Part shown: positions 9,846 to 18,793 of the stretch, one piece after another
Numbering within the stretch: the first letter of the stretch is position 1
Layout of the letters: every line of letters begins with the position of its first letter
Source: Candidatus Saccharimonadota bacterium
Lineage (GTDB): Bacteria > Patescibacteriota > Patescibacteriia > 2-12-FULL-60-25
Direction of reading: 5' to 3'
DNA: 32,000 nucleotides
NCBI GenBank assembly: GCA_963718585.1
Contig: OY970357.1
Coordinates: forward strand, 690,001 to 722,000
Program-made: the position numbers and the translations under genes
The notes under the pieces: model-generated
The model's input: only the letters and a program-made list of their open reading frames with translations
Told to the model about the DNA's origin: nothing
Databases searched by the model: none

Positions 9846-10601
9846 GATTTCGGCGTTGCGGATGCCCAAGCGGCGTTGAACAATGCGCGGAACAGGTCAG
9901 CGAACCCTTCGTGCTCGACCACGAACCCCATACTCGTCGTCGGCGTCGTAACCGTTGCAGCGACTTTATCGTCTACGATATTGACCTCCCCTTTGAATGG
10001 CGCTTTGTCATACGGAAGAGAACGCACCTCCCATCGAGATAGCTCCGTCGGCGGAAGTGCGACACCGGGCTTCAAAGAACACAACAAACGTCCACGCATC
10101 CGTCTCGCCATGCGCTGTCGCTTCGCGGCATCCACGTTCGAGGCATTCTTGATCAGATCCTCATCCACGGCCGTGAAACTCAGATATTCGCCGCGCGAAT
10201 CCATCATGATCTCTCGGATCGCGATCACCCCTTCTGGCCCTTCGAAATAACGGACCGTTGGTTTGTCTTCCAAGGTGTTATACAGCGCCATGAATAGAGG
10301 CATGGACTTCATGGATGCGCTTTTTCCGCGCTTCAAGATCATCCAACTGCTTTTCGAGCAGCCGATGAAGCGCGGCTGGCGACGTAGCGCTGTACTGGAT
10401 CCGCTTCCCTTTCGTCACGCTCGAGACCAACCCTCTTCGCTGAAGGTCCTCCACGATCGCATAGGTCGTGGTCCGCGTCACGCCGGCTGCTTTGGAGATC
10501 TCCAAGATCCCCGACGGGCCCAGAGAGAGCATCGCCAAATAGACCTGCGCTTCCTTATCTGAAAGGCCCAGTTCCAACAATCGCTGCGTCGCCTCCTTCA
10601 T
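9836..10601 (-). CDS. TrmB-family transcriptional regulator, split by a frame change at the T5/A5 run 10321-10325
   Basis: ORF 10278..10601 is the wHTH part, MKEATQRLLELGLSDKEAQVYLAMLSLGPSGILEISKAAGVTRTTTYAIVEDLQRRGLV... ORF 9836..10342 continues in another frame with ..SMPLFMALYNTLEDKPTVRYFEGPEGVIAIREIM... Confidence 0.75.
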
Positions 10602-10621
10602 ACTCCACTGCTCTCACGCGT

Positions 10622-11747
10622 TCACCATCGCGTCAAGACGGGGATCGTCTTTTCCGCCGTGTTTTTCCATGTATACCGGCTTGCGCGCTCGATACCAGGC
10701 AATCGAAGCCGTTCTTTGAGCCCCGTCTCATCCGAGATCCGCGTCATGAGCGAGACGAGTTGTTCCGGTTCGTCCGGCGAAAAATACAAAGCCGCATCCC
10801 CACAGATCTCGGGGAGCGACGCGATATTCGACACGAGCACCGGACATCCGCACGCCATGGCCTCGACCGGCGGGATCCCGAATCCCTCGTAACGCGACGG
10901 ATGGATCAATGCTTCGGCCGCGTTCATGAGATATGGGAGATCCGCCTCGGGCACATATCCCAATTCGCGGATATCCGACTTGAAAGGTGATGCCGCGATC
11001 TCCTTTTTGATCTCCTCATACCCATAACCCCGAGATCCCGACGAGCGCGAGGCGATGCGGATCACCCACGCCGCGCCGCGTCTTGAATGACGTGAATGCC
11101 TTGAGAAGCATGACGATGTTCTTTTTCGTTTCAAGCCGTCCGACCGTCAAAAAGTAGGGCTGAGGAAGTTGATACCGCCGCAAACGTTCCTCGATCTCCT
11201 GCTTATCTGCGATGGGATGATACGCCTGATGATCCACTCCGTTGTATGTGATCGCGATCTTCCGTGGATCGATGCCGTACGCCTCTGCGATCTCCCGTCC
11301 GGAGAACTCCGAAACCGTCAGGATCCGCGTCGCCTTTTTCGCGATCTCTTTCATCGCATGTTCGTGGATCCGCACCTGCCGCGGTTTGTACAGTTTTGGA
11401 TACCGATGGAATCCGATATCGTGCACGGTCACGACCGTGTTCTTGGGCACGAAGCGCGGCAGCGTGCTCCCCGGCAGCCACAAGGCGTCTACGTGATGCT
11501 TCTTCAATTCCCAGGATAACCGCAATTGCGTCCATCCGAACGGCAGTGGCCAGGTGATCCGTTCCTCGTACCAGTTCTCCGGCAGCTTTTCGAGCCCGCC
11601 CGAGAGCGGCGCATTCGAATACAGGATCCACGAGTTCCCGTCACCGGTCGTGAGACCTTTCAGCTCCTGAATGACATGCCACGCATACCACTCCACTCCG
11701 GTCTTGGCCGGCTTGTTCGCGCGGGTCGCTTCGATCCCGATCAGCAT
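10622..11747 (-). CDS. GT4-family glycosyltransferase, frame change near 11030-11050
   Basis: ORF 11016..11789 reads ..MLIGIEATRANKPAKTGVEWY..YFLTVGRLETKKNIVMLLKAF..LALVG. ORF 10622..11134 reads ..RGYGYEEIKKEI..LGYVPEADLPYLMNAAEALIHPSRYEGFGIPPVEAMACGCPVLVSN... The likely start is the ATG at 11747, preceded by TATACT 6 nt upstream. Confidence 0.75.
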
Positions 11748-11845
11748 GCGCGAAGTATAGCATGCATGGTCCAAAATGTGTCTGGCCATGGATTGACAAA
11801 ACCGCCAAAATGGTGGATGCTGTATCCAGAAAGGAGGTCCTTTTG

Positions 11846-12244
11846 GAACGAAAGACCACGACCGGATTCACAGGCGTCGATTGGCCGTTCGAGCAGATGA
11901 TCAGCATCCTCGTCGCCCTCATCCTCACCGGGCTCAACGCTTTCCAGCTCGCGTTCATCGGTTTTTCCTGGTCAACGCTCTTCGGCACGATATTCTGCGC
12001 GCTCCTCGCAGTCGCGCTCTTCGCACTCCATCGCGTCGCACGACGACCTGATACCGACGGAGGAAGGACGCTCCTCCCCACCCACGCCCCGCATCTTGCG
12101 GGGCGTTATTTTATCCTTGACGTCACGGAGGTCACGGGACTAGCCTCCTTTGCAGGAGGAAAGGAGAAGAGGGATGCGAACCTTTCACGAGCTCCGTCAG
12201 AAACATTTCGGACGCGCCCGCGCCCGGTCAGTGATCTTCGGTGA
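11846..12244 (+). CDS. Small two-TM membrane protein; 3-prime end uncertain
   Basis: AGGAGG at 11832-11837 is followed by an in-frame TTG at 11846 (or the ATG giving MISILVALILTGLNAFQLAFIGFSWSTLFGTIFCALLAVALFAL). The track ORF reads through the terminator at 12084-12114, so the true stop is probably earlier or in another frame. Confidence 0.4.
   Translation, partial: ERKTTTGFTGVDWPFEQMISILVALILTGLNAFQLAFIGFSWSTLFGTIFCALLAVALFALHRVARRPDTDGGRTLLPTHAPHLAGRYFILDVTEVTGLASFAGGKEKRDANLSRAPSETFRTRPRPVSDLR
12084..12114 (+). terminator. Rho-independent terminator
   Basis: ACGCCCCGC-ATCTT-GCGGGGCGT followed by TATTTTAT. Confidence 0.7.
12117..12146 (+). promoter_or_regulatory. Sigma70-like promoter
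   Basis: TTGACG (12117-12122), 18-nt spacer, TAGCCT (12141-12146), then AAGGAG (12161-12166) and the ATG at 12174. Confidence 0.4.
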
Positions 12245-12617
12245 ACATCCGCAGGTCCAACTTGCGCTTGGGGTCGAAAAGAAATCGACCTCACCGACGC
12301 CGAACCGATTCCCTGTGCTCATCGCGCGATGCAACTACATCTTTCCGGATGACGTTGCCGCGGTCCAAATGGCACGCGAGCTGGAAAAGGCGACGCGGAT
12401 GCCCATCGGGGTGAAGAACATGATCCGTTTCGTTTCCAAAGAACGCGTACTGAAGACCTACGAACGCATCGTCGATCATCATCGCGGACGTCCATTGGAA
12501 AACGAAAGTGACGCGTGGGGGGAAGCCGACTTCATCGGCACACGCCGCGGGGAACGTCTCATCATCGTGATGTTCCCCCTCGATCTCCATCCCCGACGGC
12601 TGCGCGCCATCGGATGA
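12174..12617 (+). CDS. Hypothetical protein (147 aa from the ATG at 12174)
   Basis: In-frame part of ORF 12150..12617, with RBS AAGGAG 7 nt upstream and a terminator directly after it. The sequence MRTFHELRQKHFGRARARSVIFGEHPQ.. contains no motif I recognise. Confidence 0.55.
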   Translation: MRTFHELRQKHFGRARARSVIFGEHPQVQLALGVEKKSTSPTPNRFPVLIARCNYIFPDDVAAVQMARELEKATRMPIGVKNMIRFVSKERVLKTYERIVDHHRGRPLENESDAWGEADFIGTRRGERLIIVMFPLDLHPRRLRAIG

Positions 12618-12621
12618 CCTT

Positions 12622-12646
12622 CAGCCCTGGACTTCCAGGGCTTTTT
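12622..12646 (+). terminator. Rho-independent terminator
   Basis: AGCCCTGG-ACTT-CCAGGGCT followed by TTTTC. Confidence 0.7.
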
Positions 12647-12648
12647 CA

Positions 12649-12677
12649 TTGACGATTCCCCGGATCTTCCCTAGCAT
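12649..12677 (+). promoter_or_regulatory. Sigma70-like promoter
   Basis: TTGACG (12649-12654), 17-nt spacer, TAGCAT (12672-12677), then AGGAGG at 12683-12688. Confidence 0.45.
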
Positions 12678-12694
12678 CAGATCAGGAGGTGCAG

Positions 12695-13177
12695 ATGCAA
12701 CAGACGATCTCCCAGCTGATCTTTGGCAACCGTCCGCAGGCCCGCGTGCTGTACGCCGAACCGAACCGCACGTCGATCCTCAAGCGACTCATGAACACGG
12801 TGCGGCAGACGTCCATCTGTCTGTCGAGCGCGCCTATCGAGGATCAGATCCTCGTCGGCTCCGGACTCTGTCCGGTCCTGCTCTTTGAATATGCGATCTG
12901 GTTCCCCAAGGCGATCATCGCCGACGATGTTCCGGAGACGATCGATCATCTCTTTAGCGATGAAGGGGTCGAGGCGCGGATCGCCTCATGGTATGTCCCG
13001 CTCAAGACGGTCGAGGAGGTCATGGACAAATTCTTCATGGGCATGACGCCGCGTCCCGGATTCGGGACGCAACACGACGACTTCGCCAACTTCGTCTATG
13101 ACGTCAATGCCGGCGAACGCTTCAAGGTCGCACGATTCGGCCTTGTGCCGCTCCCTGGCTCGCGTATCTGCGCATAA
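12695..13177 (+). CDS. Hypothetical protein (160 aa)
   Basis: The ATG at 12695 lies 6 nt after AGGAGG (the track starts at the GTG at 12689). The product MQQTISQLIFGNRPQARVLYAEPNRTSILKRL.. has no recognised motif. A terminator follows. Confidence 0.55.
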   Translation: MQQTISQLIFGNRPQARVLYAEPNRTSILKRLMNTVRQTSICLSSAPIEDQILVGSGLCPVLLFEYAIWFPKAIIADDVPETIDHLFSDEGVEARIASWYVPLKTVEEVMDKFFMGMTPRPGFGTQHDDFANFVYDVNAGERFKVARFGLVPLPGSRICA

Positions 13178-13179
13178 AA

Positions 13180-13207
13180 GGCCCGCCTTCTCGGCGGGTC
13201 GTTTTTT
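13180..13207. terminator. Bidirectional terminator between convergent genes
   Basis: A CCCGCC-TTCTC-GGCGGG stem is flanked by AAAAG on one side and TTTTTT on the other. Confidence 0.6.
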
Positions 13208-14904
13208 ATCCCTGCGCCCGTCGCGCCGCGAGATGCGCGATGTGCCGTTTGCGCTCGGCCGCGTACTTCGACAAGCTTGGTCCCAATTTTTCCATCATGA
13301 GTGCGGCCGCATTGCCGCCGAGGAAGTGCGGCAGGATCACATAGCTCGCTCCGGACCGATACAACACCTCAGCCTCGTCCACGGACTGTGCCATCAACAC
13401 GACGATCGCGCGCTTGTTCGCTTTGCGGACCTTGGAGAGGAGGAAGGCATTGGATTCGAAATCCGGGATCGTGGAGACGACGACGCGCACGCGTCCCAAC
13501 CCGAGATCGTCGAGGAACTCGTTATCATCCGCGTCGCCATATCGGCATGGCACGCCCTTGGCCTCGAGCCCCGCGATCACCGCCGGATCAAAGTCCACGA
13601 CCAGCGTCTTCAGTTTGAGATGTTCCAACGACGGGAGGAAGTCCGATCCTACGCGATGACAGCCAAAGAGGATGGCGCCGAACCGTTCACGCCGCCCTCG
13701 TTCCGATATCGGACGCGCACGTTCGAAGATCCCGAGGAGCGGCGCCAATCCGCGATAGATCGGATCCGCATATAAGATGAGGATCGACGATCCGGCGATC
13801 GTGATAAGTGCGACAAGCGTGGCAAGCGCGACATCACTCTGCGTGAGGTAGCCGTCGCGCGCGGCCGTGAACAAGAACAACAGCGAGAACTCGGAGATCT
13901 GCGCGACCGTGAGCCCGGCCATGAAGGACGTCTTCTTCGCGTACCCGAGCAGACCAAGGATCACTATGACCACGATCGGATTACCGATGAGGATGAAGAC
14001 CGAATACCAGATCGCCGGACGCAACAACGGCGCCAAGTCCCGTGATCGGCAACTGCGCGCCGAGCGAGACGAAGAACAGGATGATGAAGAAGTCGCGCAA
14101 GAGTTTCATCTTCGCGCTGATCTCGTAATGATACGGCGACGCCGCGAGCGTGATGCCGGCAAGGAGCGCACCGACCTCGGCAGACAATCCCATCACGCTG
14201 AAGAGCGCAGAAAGCCCCACGCCCCATCCGACCGAGAACAGGAGAAGGAATTCCTGCGACGCCGCGAATACGCGTGTGATGAACGGCAGGATGAATCGCG
14301 CGATGATATACAACAGGACGCCGAGTCCGAGGATCTTGCCGAGCAGGGCGAACCCGGCCGTCGTCACGTCCCCGCCCGCCGCGACCGAGGTCATCACGAT
14401 GATCGCGAGCGTGGCCGCGAGATCCTGCACGATAAGGAATCCGATCGCGATCTTGCCGTACAGCTTCCCGAGGTCGTTCTTATCCGCCAGGAGCTTGGTG
14501 ACGATGATCGTCGAGGAGAATGTGAATGCGAGCGCCATGAGGAGCGCCGGCGCCTGCGCGATCCCGAGCACCCGTCCCAGCGCATATCCAAGGAATGTCG
14601 TGAAGAGGATCTGCCCGAATCCCGTCAGGATCGACGCGCGTCCCACGTCGCGGAACACCTGCGGCGAAAGCGACAACCCGACGATGAAGAGGAGCGCCGT
14701 GATCCCGAGTTTGGAAAAGATGTCGATCGTGCTCTGCGAATGGATGAGGTTCAGCACCGCCGGACCCGCGAGGATCCCCGTGAGCAGATGGCCGAGCACG
14801 AGCGGCAGGCGCAGGGTCTGCATCACGAACGCCACGCCCGTGGCGAGTGCGAGGATGAGGCTGATCTCGACGAACGTGTTCATGCGCGTCATATATCTTA
14901 CCAT
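13206..14904 (-). CDS. CPA2-type cation/proton antiporter with a C-terminal RCK/TrkA-N domain; frame change near 14030-14040
   Basis: ORF 13981..14973 holds the Na_H_exchanger-type TM core (..LPLVLGHLLTGILAGPAVLNLI..GLSLSPQVF..FLIVQDLAATLAIIVM..). ORF 13206..14036 holds the remaining TMs plus ..AILFGCHRVGSDFLPSLEHLKLKTLVVDFDPAVIAGLEAKGVPCRYGDADD... The likely start is an ATG at 14904, 14892 or 14883. Confidence 0.75.
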
Positions 14905-14908
14905 GCGA

Positions 14909-15889
14909 TCACGGCGCGATCCGGTTCCCGCATCGCGCGTGCAGCTCCACAAGGTCCGCACTCGTGAGCACATCCGTGTTCCCCTCGTTCATCGCATACA
15001 TCACGGCATGCGTATCCGAGACATGTTCAAGTCCGAGCGCATGTCCGAATTCATGCGTGAGCACGCGCACGAGTTTATCACGGTCTGCTCGAATTGATAG
15101 ATATTGATCCGCGTCCCCTGCCCATCCGACACATACTCCCCTTCCTGGAACGACTCCCCCTGCGACGTCGCCGACCGTATTATACGTCGCGACATTCAGA
15201 TTCAACGTATGCGCGAGTCGGTTGAGCTCCGACGCCATGAGCATTGACGTCGTCCACCGTCTTATTGAGCTGATCCTGCGCCGCATTCACCGCATCCACT
15301 TCTGCATTGATCACGCTCTGCTCGTTTTGAAGCCGCGATATTCCTTCGCCGAGACGCCACCGCGCTGCGCCGCCTTCACTTCTGACGCGAAGGATGCCTT
15401 TTCCGTATCCAATGCCGCGATCCGCGCATCCAGCCCCTTCTTCGCCGTCTGATACTGCGCATCCAACGCATCGTACTTCGCCTTCAACGCATCATACGAC
15501 GCCCTGTCGTCATGCAGGACGATCCCAAGACTCTGCAATTTCTGCGTTGCCTGCTGACGCGTATCATAGACAAGGTTCACCGCCAGCTCCCCACCCGTCG
15601 CATCCGCGACCAAGAGATCCTTTCCCGCCGCATCGTTCCAGACCTTTGCCGCCGTATCGATCGCATCGGAAAAATCCTGCCGCGAGATGTTGAACCGCGG
15701 ATCAAAGGAACCGATCGAATACGGGATCGGCTGAGCGCACGGCACCGGCGGAAACAGCGTCCGCTGGATATCCTTCCATGTGAGGTGATTCAAGACGAAC
15801 GCGTTGTACGCCGTGGCCGCGAGGATACCAAAAGAGACGAACGTCACCAGGACGGCGAAGAACGGCGTGCCCTCATCCCGCTTTGGCAT
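14909..15889 (-). pseudogene. Matrixin-like (M10) Zn metalloprotease with N-terminal TM and coiled coil; about 4 frame changes between 15075 and 15325
   Basis: Four pieces in three frames join into one protein. ORF 15311..15889 gives the TM and ..YDALKAKYDALDAQYQTAKKGLDARIAALD... An unlisted frame gives QNEQSVINAEVDAVNAAQDQLNKTVDDVNA. ORF 14909..15286 gives ..ASELNRLAHTLNLNVATYNTVGDVAGG and ..DKLVRVLTHEFGHALGLEH... ORF 15001..15195 gives ESFQEGEYVSDGQGTRINIYQF. The HEXXHXXGXXH motif is present. Confidence 0.65.
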
Positions 15890-16227
15890 GCCTCCAGTTT
15901 ACCATTCTCATGTACCCATTCGCACGAATGGTCCAGAACGCATGCAAGGATCGGATGGATCGGATACGCGATCCGATACACGACGAATTCCCGCTCCTGA
16001 CGATATGCAAGGAGCTCGGCGCGAGAAAGCGTGATCAAATGTTTCGATGTTGAACGAAGAGAGAGTCTCAACGCGCCAGCGATCTCCCCGACGCTCATGT
16101 CCCGTCGACGCAAGAGGTGGATGATGGTCAGCCGGCGCGCGTTCGCCAGCGCTTTGAGGATGCGGACGGGCTCCATATCTCTTTCCACCGCTGCCACGAG
16201 ACCCACACCGTTGTCAACCCACTCCAT
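15844..16227 (-). CDS. ArsR/SmtB-family HTH regulator (copy 1)
   Basis: ..MEPVRILKALANARRLTIIHLLRRRDMSVGEIAGALRLSLRSTSKHLITLSRAELLAYRQEREFVVYRI... The 3-prime tail reads through palindrome P1 and overlaps the protease start, so the real end may be earlier. An alternative start is the ATG at 16176. Confidence 0.7.
   Translation of the reverse strand: MEWVDNGVGLVAAVERDMEPVRILKALANARRLTIIHLLRRRDMSVGEIAGALRLSLRSTSKHLITLSRAELLAYRQEREFVVYRIAYPIHPILACVLDHSCEWVHENGKLEACQSGMRARRSSPSW
15916..15931. repeat. Palindrome P1 (ATTCG-NN-CGAAT family)
   Basis: CCATTCG-CA-CGAATGG, with 7-bp arms. Confidence 0.9.
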
Positions 16228-16230
16228 GCA

Positions 16231-16248
16231 CCCATTCGCACGAATGGG
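16231..16248. repeat. Palindrome P2
   Basis: CCCATTCG-CA-CGAATGGG, 4 nt upstream of the ArsR-1 ORF start. A half-site CGAATGGGG lies at 16266-16274. Confidence 0.9.
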
Positions 16249-16358
16249 CGTATAAAGCGCGGGGACGAATGGGGCTGGCGGTCAGAAGCGCTTGATGATC
16301 GTCATACGCTCGTTGCTCCTCACATACCATCCGCACATGGAGGAAGGATAGCACGAGG

Positions 16359-16865
16359 TCACATCCCCTTCAGATACGCTTCCGTCAGTTCAGGCGTCTG
16401 GCAAGCCGTTTGCGCGATCTCTTGCGATCGAGTGATGCATTCATCCAGCAACGAATGCAGCTCTTCCGGGATCTCATCCCTCTGCAGACTCCCCATGTTG
16501 TGCGGCCATGTACTCTTTTCTATGGCATAGATCTTCTCCCACCGCTTGGTGCGTAGGACGCTTTTCTTTACGCCCTTATTCAAGCCATCGAGAAACGCTC
16601 GTCCGAGCCGATCCGCCTTCTCCAGCTGAGCAGGTGTTGGCATCTTTTTCCGTGCAAGCTCTGACGATCTCAATCCTTTCTTTGCGTGTTCTGTCATGTG
16701 AGCTGTATCCGGTGTCTGGTTTCTTGCAGCTTTTAAGGCTCTGATCGTGGAATGGATCGTGACTTCATCATAGTCATAATTCGGCTGACTTTCATCGTCT
16801 GACTGCATCTTCATTAGAGATCCTGCGTCATGGCGAGGATCCGTTATTTGTGTATTGTCTGTCAT
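16359..16865 (-). CDS. Hypothetical protein (168 aa)
   Basis: Track ORF MTDNTQITDPRHDAGSLMKMQSDDESQPNYDYDEV... It is preceded by the conserved leader module and palindrome P3. No motif recognised. Confidence 0.5.
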   Translation of the reverse strand: MTDNTQITDPRHDAGSLMKMQSDDESQPNYDYDEVTIHSTIRALKAARNQTPDTAHMTEHAKKGLRSSELARKKMPTPAQLEKADRLGRAFLDGLNKGVKKSVLRTKRWEKIYAIEKSTWPHNMGSLQRDEIPEELHSLLDECITRSQEIAQTACQTPELTEAYLKGM

Positions 16866-16950
16866 ATATTTCTTTCGTTAGATGAATTAAGTGTCGCGAT
16901 CGCTCTTCCCATCCTTATTCTCTCATTCGCGCGAATGAGAGAATGGAGAT
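16845..16950 (-). repeat. Conserved ~100-bp leader module, copy A (includes P3 and the first codons of the 168-aa ORF)
   Basis: It aligns with 17298-17410 through the shared blocks GTCTGTCATAT, GTTAGATGAAT, GTGTCGCGATCG, TTCCC and CTCATTCG.GCGAATGAG. Both ORFs begin ATGACAGAC. Confidence 0.8.
16917..16944. repeat. Palindrome P3
   Basis: ATTCTCTCATTCG-CG-CGAATGAGAGAAT, with perfect 13-bp arms. Confidence 0.9.
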
Positions 16951-17318
16951 CACGGTTCGAGCTGCTTCTCCGGAAGATCCGGGTGGCCGACCCAATATGC
17001 CTTCTTTTCTCCGTCACTCGGCCAGTCGAAAACGATATGCGCATGCGGGCATTCAGGCCAGGGCCGTTTTGGCGTCTCTTCCCACCATGTCTCATCCGGG
17101 ACCGGGAATATGATGGCGTGCTGCGGGTCTTCCCCGTTGATCCAATCGATCTCCTCCGTGAAGATCCGGATGTACAGCTGGCCGCACTCCTCGCACCGCA
17201 CGAGCCGCGTGCTGTTGTGGGAATCTTCTACATAGGATTTGACGATGGTGAACCCGGCAAGATCTGAAGGTTCAAGAACCGGTTTGGTCCAAAGGTAGCA
17301 TTGTTTGTAGTCTGTCAT
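16950..17318 (-). CDS. Hypothetical Cys/Trp-rich protein (122 aa)
   Basis: Track ORF MTDYKQCYLWTKPVLEPSDLAGFTIVKSYVEDSHNSTRLVRCEECGQLYIRIF... It is preceded by the conserved leader module and palindrome P4. Confidence 0.5.
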   Translation of the reverse strand: MTDYKQCYLWTKPVLEPSDLAGFTIVKSYVEDSHNSTRLVRCEECGQLYIRIFTEEIDWINGEDPQHAIIFPVPDETWWEETPKRPWPECPHAHIVFDWPSDGEKKAYWVGHPDLPEKQLEP

Positions 17319-17410
17319 ATGTGTTTTTTGTTAGATGAATAAGGTGTCGCGATCGGTATTCCCGCCCCCATAGGCTCATTCGTGCGAATGAGCCTATGGG
17401 AGACGATCGA
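17298..17410 (-). repeat. Conserved ~100-bp leader module, copy B (includes P4 and the first codons of the 122-aa ORF)
   Basis: See copy A. Confidence 0.8.
17367..17400. repeat. Palindrome P4
   Basis: CCCATAGGCTCATTCG-TG-CGAATGAGCCTATGGG, with perfect 16-bp arms. Confidence 0.9.
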
Positions 17411-17413
17411 CCG

Positions 17414-17450
17414 GAAAAACAAAAAGCGGCTGAGAGATGTTATTCAGCCG
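17414..17450 (-). terminator. Rho-independent terminator downstream of hicBA
   Basis: The minus strand has CGGCTGA-loop-TCAGCCG followed by CTTTTTGTTTTTC. Confidence 0.55.
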
Positions 17451-17677
17451 TAGCTGAATGAAATCTCCCAACCGTCTTCACGATCAGTCGCACAGCGCCT
17501 TCCGGGCCCCAGCAGATTTCCCTGGTCCCCTTCTCCATTTGCGGAGAGACACTGTCGGCCCGTTTCTGCGGGCTTCAGTCTGCACTCAAAAGAACTTCTT
17601 ACATACTTACTTTACCCCATTTTCCCGATTCCGTCAACTCTCTCATCGCGTCATGGATGCCCATGAGATCGGTATGA

Positions 17678-17902
17678 TCAGCTTTTCTTTGTGAATGATC
17701 CGAATTCGACATTCGCCAATGACAGGATGCCGCGGAGCGTCCCACTTGCGAGCTCGCGATGGAGTGGCACGATCGTGACGATCGTCTTGCCGGCGATCGT
17801 CTTCTTCAATTTCACATGGCTGCCTTTCTGGCTCGCCTGATGGAATCCGAAATCCCGGATCAAGACGGCAATGACGTATGCACCCGAATACGTCTTCGCC
17901 AT
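17678..17902 (-). CDS. hicA: HicA-family mRNA interferase toxin
   Basis: ..VIAVLIRDFGFHQASQKGSHVKLKKTIAGKTIVTIVPLHRELASGTLRGILSLANV.. shows the GSH..P.H..L..GTL..I pattern. It lies 10 nt downstream of hicB. Confidence 0.85.
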   Translation of the reverse strand: MAKTYSGAYVIAVLIRDFGFHQASQKGSHVKLKKTIAGKTIVTIVPLHRELASGTLRGILSLANVEFGSFTKKS

Positions 17903-17912
17903 ATGGACGGGA

Positions 17913-18128
17913 TCAGACCTGGGCCTCCAGCGTCGTCAGTAACGGAGCTTCGCGCGAGATCTGCTTTTTCATCCGCGGCTCGTCTTCCAAAAACAGCTCA
18001 ACGGCCTCTTCGAGATTCTTTCGCGCGTCATCGATCGTCTTGCCCTGGCTCACCACGCCCAACTCGACGGCCCGCGCCACGTACCATTTACCCTCTTTGA
18101 CGATACTGGCCGTGAATTTGTAGGTCAT
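17913..18128 (-). CDS. hicB: HicB-family antitoxin (UPF0150-type N-terminal domain)
   Basis: MTYKFTASIVKEGKWYVARAVELGVVSQGKTIDDARKNLEEAVELFLEDE... Confidence 0.8.
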   Translation of the reverse strand: MTYKFTASIVKEGKWYVARAVELGVVSQGKTIDDARKNLEEAVELFLEDEPRMKKQISREAPLLTTLEAQV

Positions 18129-18218
18129 AGCATTGAGAAAAGCGTACCCTGACTCGACGGAAAAATCAACGGAACCGCTTAAATTTCCTATCTACACGAA
18201 TGAGCCCGTGGTCATACC

Positions 18219-18242
18219 GGTCTTATTCGCGCGAATAAGACC
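18219..18242. repeat. Palindrome P6 (half-site P5 CGAATGAGCC at 18197-18206)
   Basis: GGTCTTATTCG-CG-CGAATAAGACC, with perfect 11-bp arms and a left flank of CATACC. Confidence 0.9.
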
Positions 18243-18492
18243 TGGATCCCAGGACGGCATCGGTCACGATGTGGCGGGGTTCGGCGAGACGGTACTGACG
18301 GACGGTCCCGGTCTGCAGGTGGTCGATAACGTCTGCCTTGGAGAGGATCTGCAGGTGTTTGGATGTTGCGCGAATGGACAGCTTGATCGCGGCCGCGATC
18401 TCGGACACGGAGCGGCTCCCCGGCCGCAGGAGGTCCACGATCGCCAGCCGGCGCCGATTCGCAAGGGCTTTGAGCAGCTTCTCGATCTGCAT
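18223..18492 (-). CDS. ArsR/SmtB-family HTH regulator (copy 2)
   Basis: MQIEKLLKALANRRRLAIVDLLRPGSRSVSEIAAAIKLSIRATSKHLQILSKADVIDHLQTGTVRQYRL... The stop codon lies inside palindrome P6, and palindrome P7 sits 9 nt upstream of the ATG. Confidence 0.8.
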   Translation of the reverse strand: MQIEKLLKALANRRRLAIVDLLRPGSRSVSEIAAAIKLSIRATSKHLQILSKADVIDHLQTGTVRQYRLAEPRHIVTDAVLGSRSYSRE

Positions 18493-18500
18493 ACAGGTCG

Positions 18501-18514
18501 TATTCGCGCGAATA
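18501..18514. repeat. Palindrome P7
   Basis: TATTCG-CG-CGAATA. Confidence 0.85.
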
Positions 18515-18570
18515 AAATTCGCGTCTCTATATACCGCTGCCCTATCCTAACCAGCGTGTCAATCCCCCAT

Positions 18571-18600
18571 ACCGGCCCCATTCGCGCGAATAGGGCCGGT
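18571..18600. repeat. Palindrome P8
   Basis: ACCGGCCCCATTCG-CG-CGAATAGGGCCGGT, with 14-bp arms and 1 mismatch; left flank CAT. Confidence 0.9.
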
Positions 18601-18634
18601 AAGGCGGGGAGGAACGGGAGGATCTCCAATACAA

Positions 18635-18656
18635 GTCCTATTCGCGCGAATACGAC
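18635..18656. repeat. Palindrome P9
   Basis: GTCCTATTCG-CG-CGAATACGAC, with 1 mismatch. Confidence 0.85.
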
Positions 18657-18793
18657 CGGTAGCTGCAAGCCGTCCCACGATGCCCCACCCCCGCCCTCAA
18701 CCCAACCTCTCCCCTCCCGATTTTTTCCCTCATTTTCCCCGTTCGTTGCTCCTTTCTCGCTCATTCGTCCGATTGAACCCGCGGATCATACCA

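Noticed and set aside
9270-10042. ORFs 9270..9761-, 9399..9734+, 9607..9879+ and 9692..10042+ as protein genes; also the 9.4-9.8 kb region as RNase P RNA, tmRNA or SRP RNA.
   Set aside because: The peptides are compositionally implausible and overlap one another. I could not find the P4 strands GAGGAAAGUCC / ACAGAA..GGCUUA, a tRNA-like 3-prime end with a tag ORF, or the SRP GGAA/AGCA loop motifs. The region is left as an RNA of unknown class.
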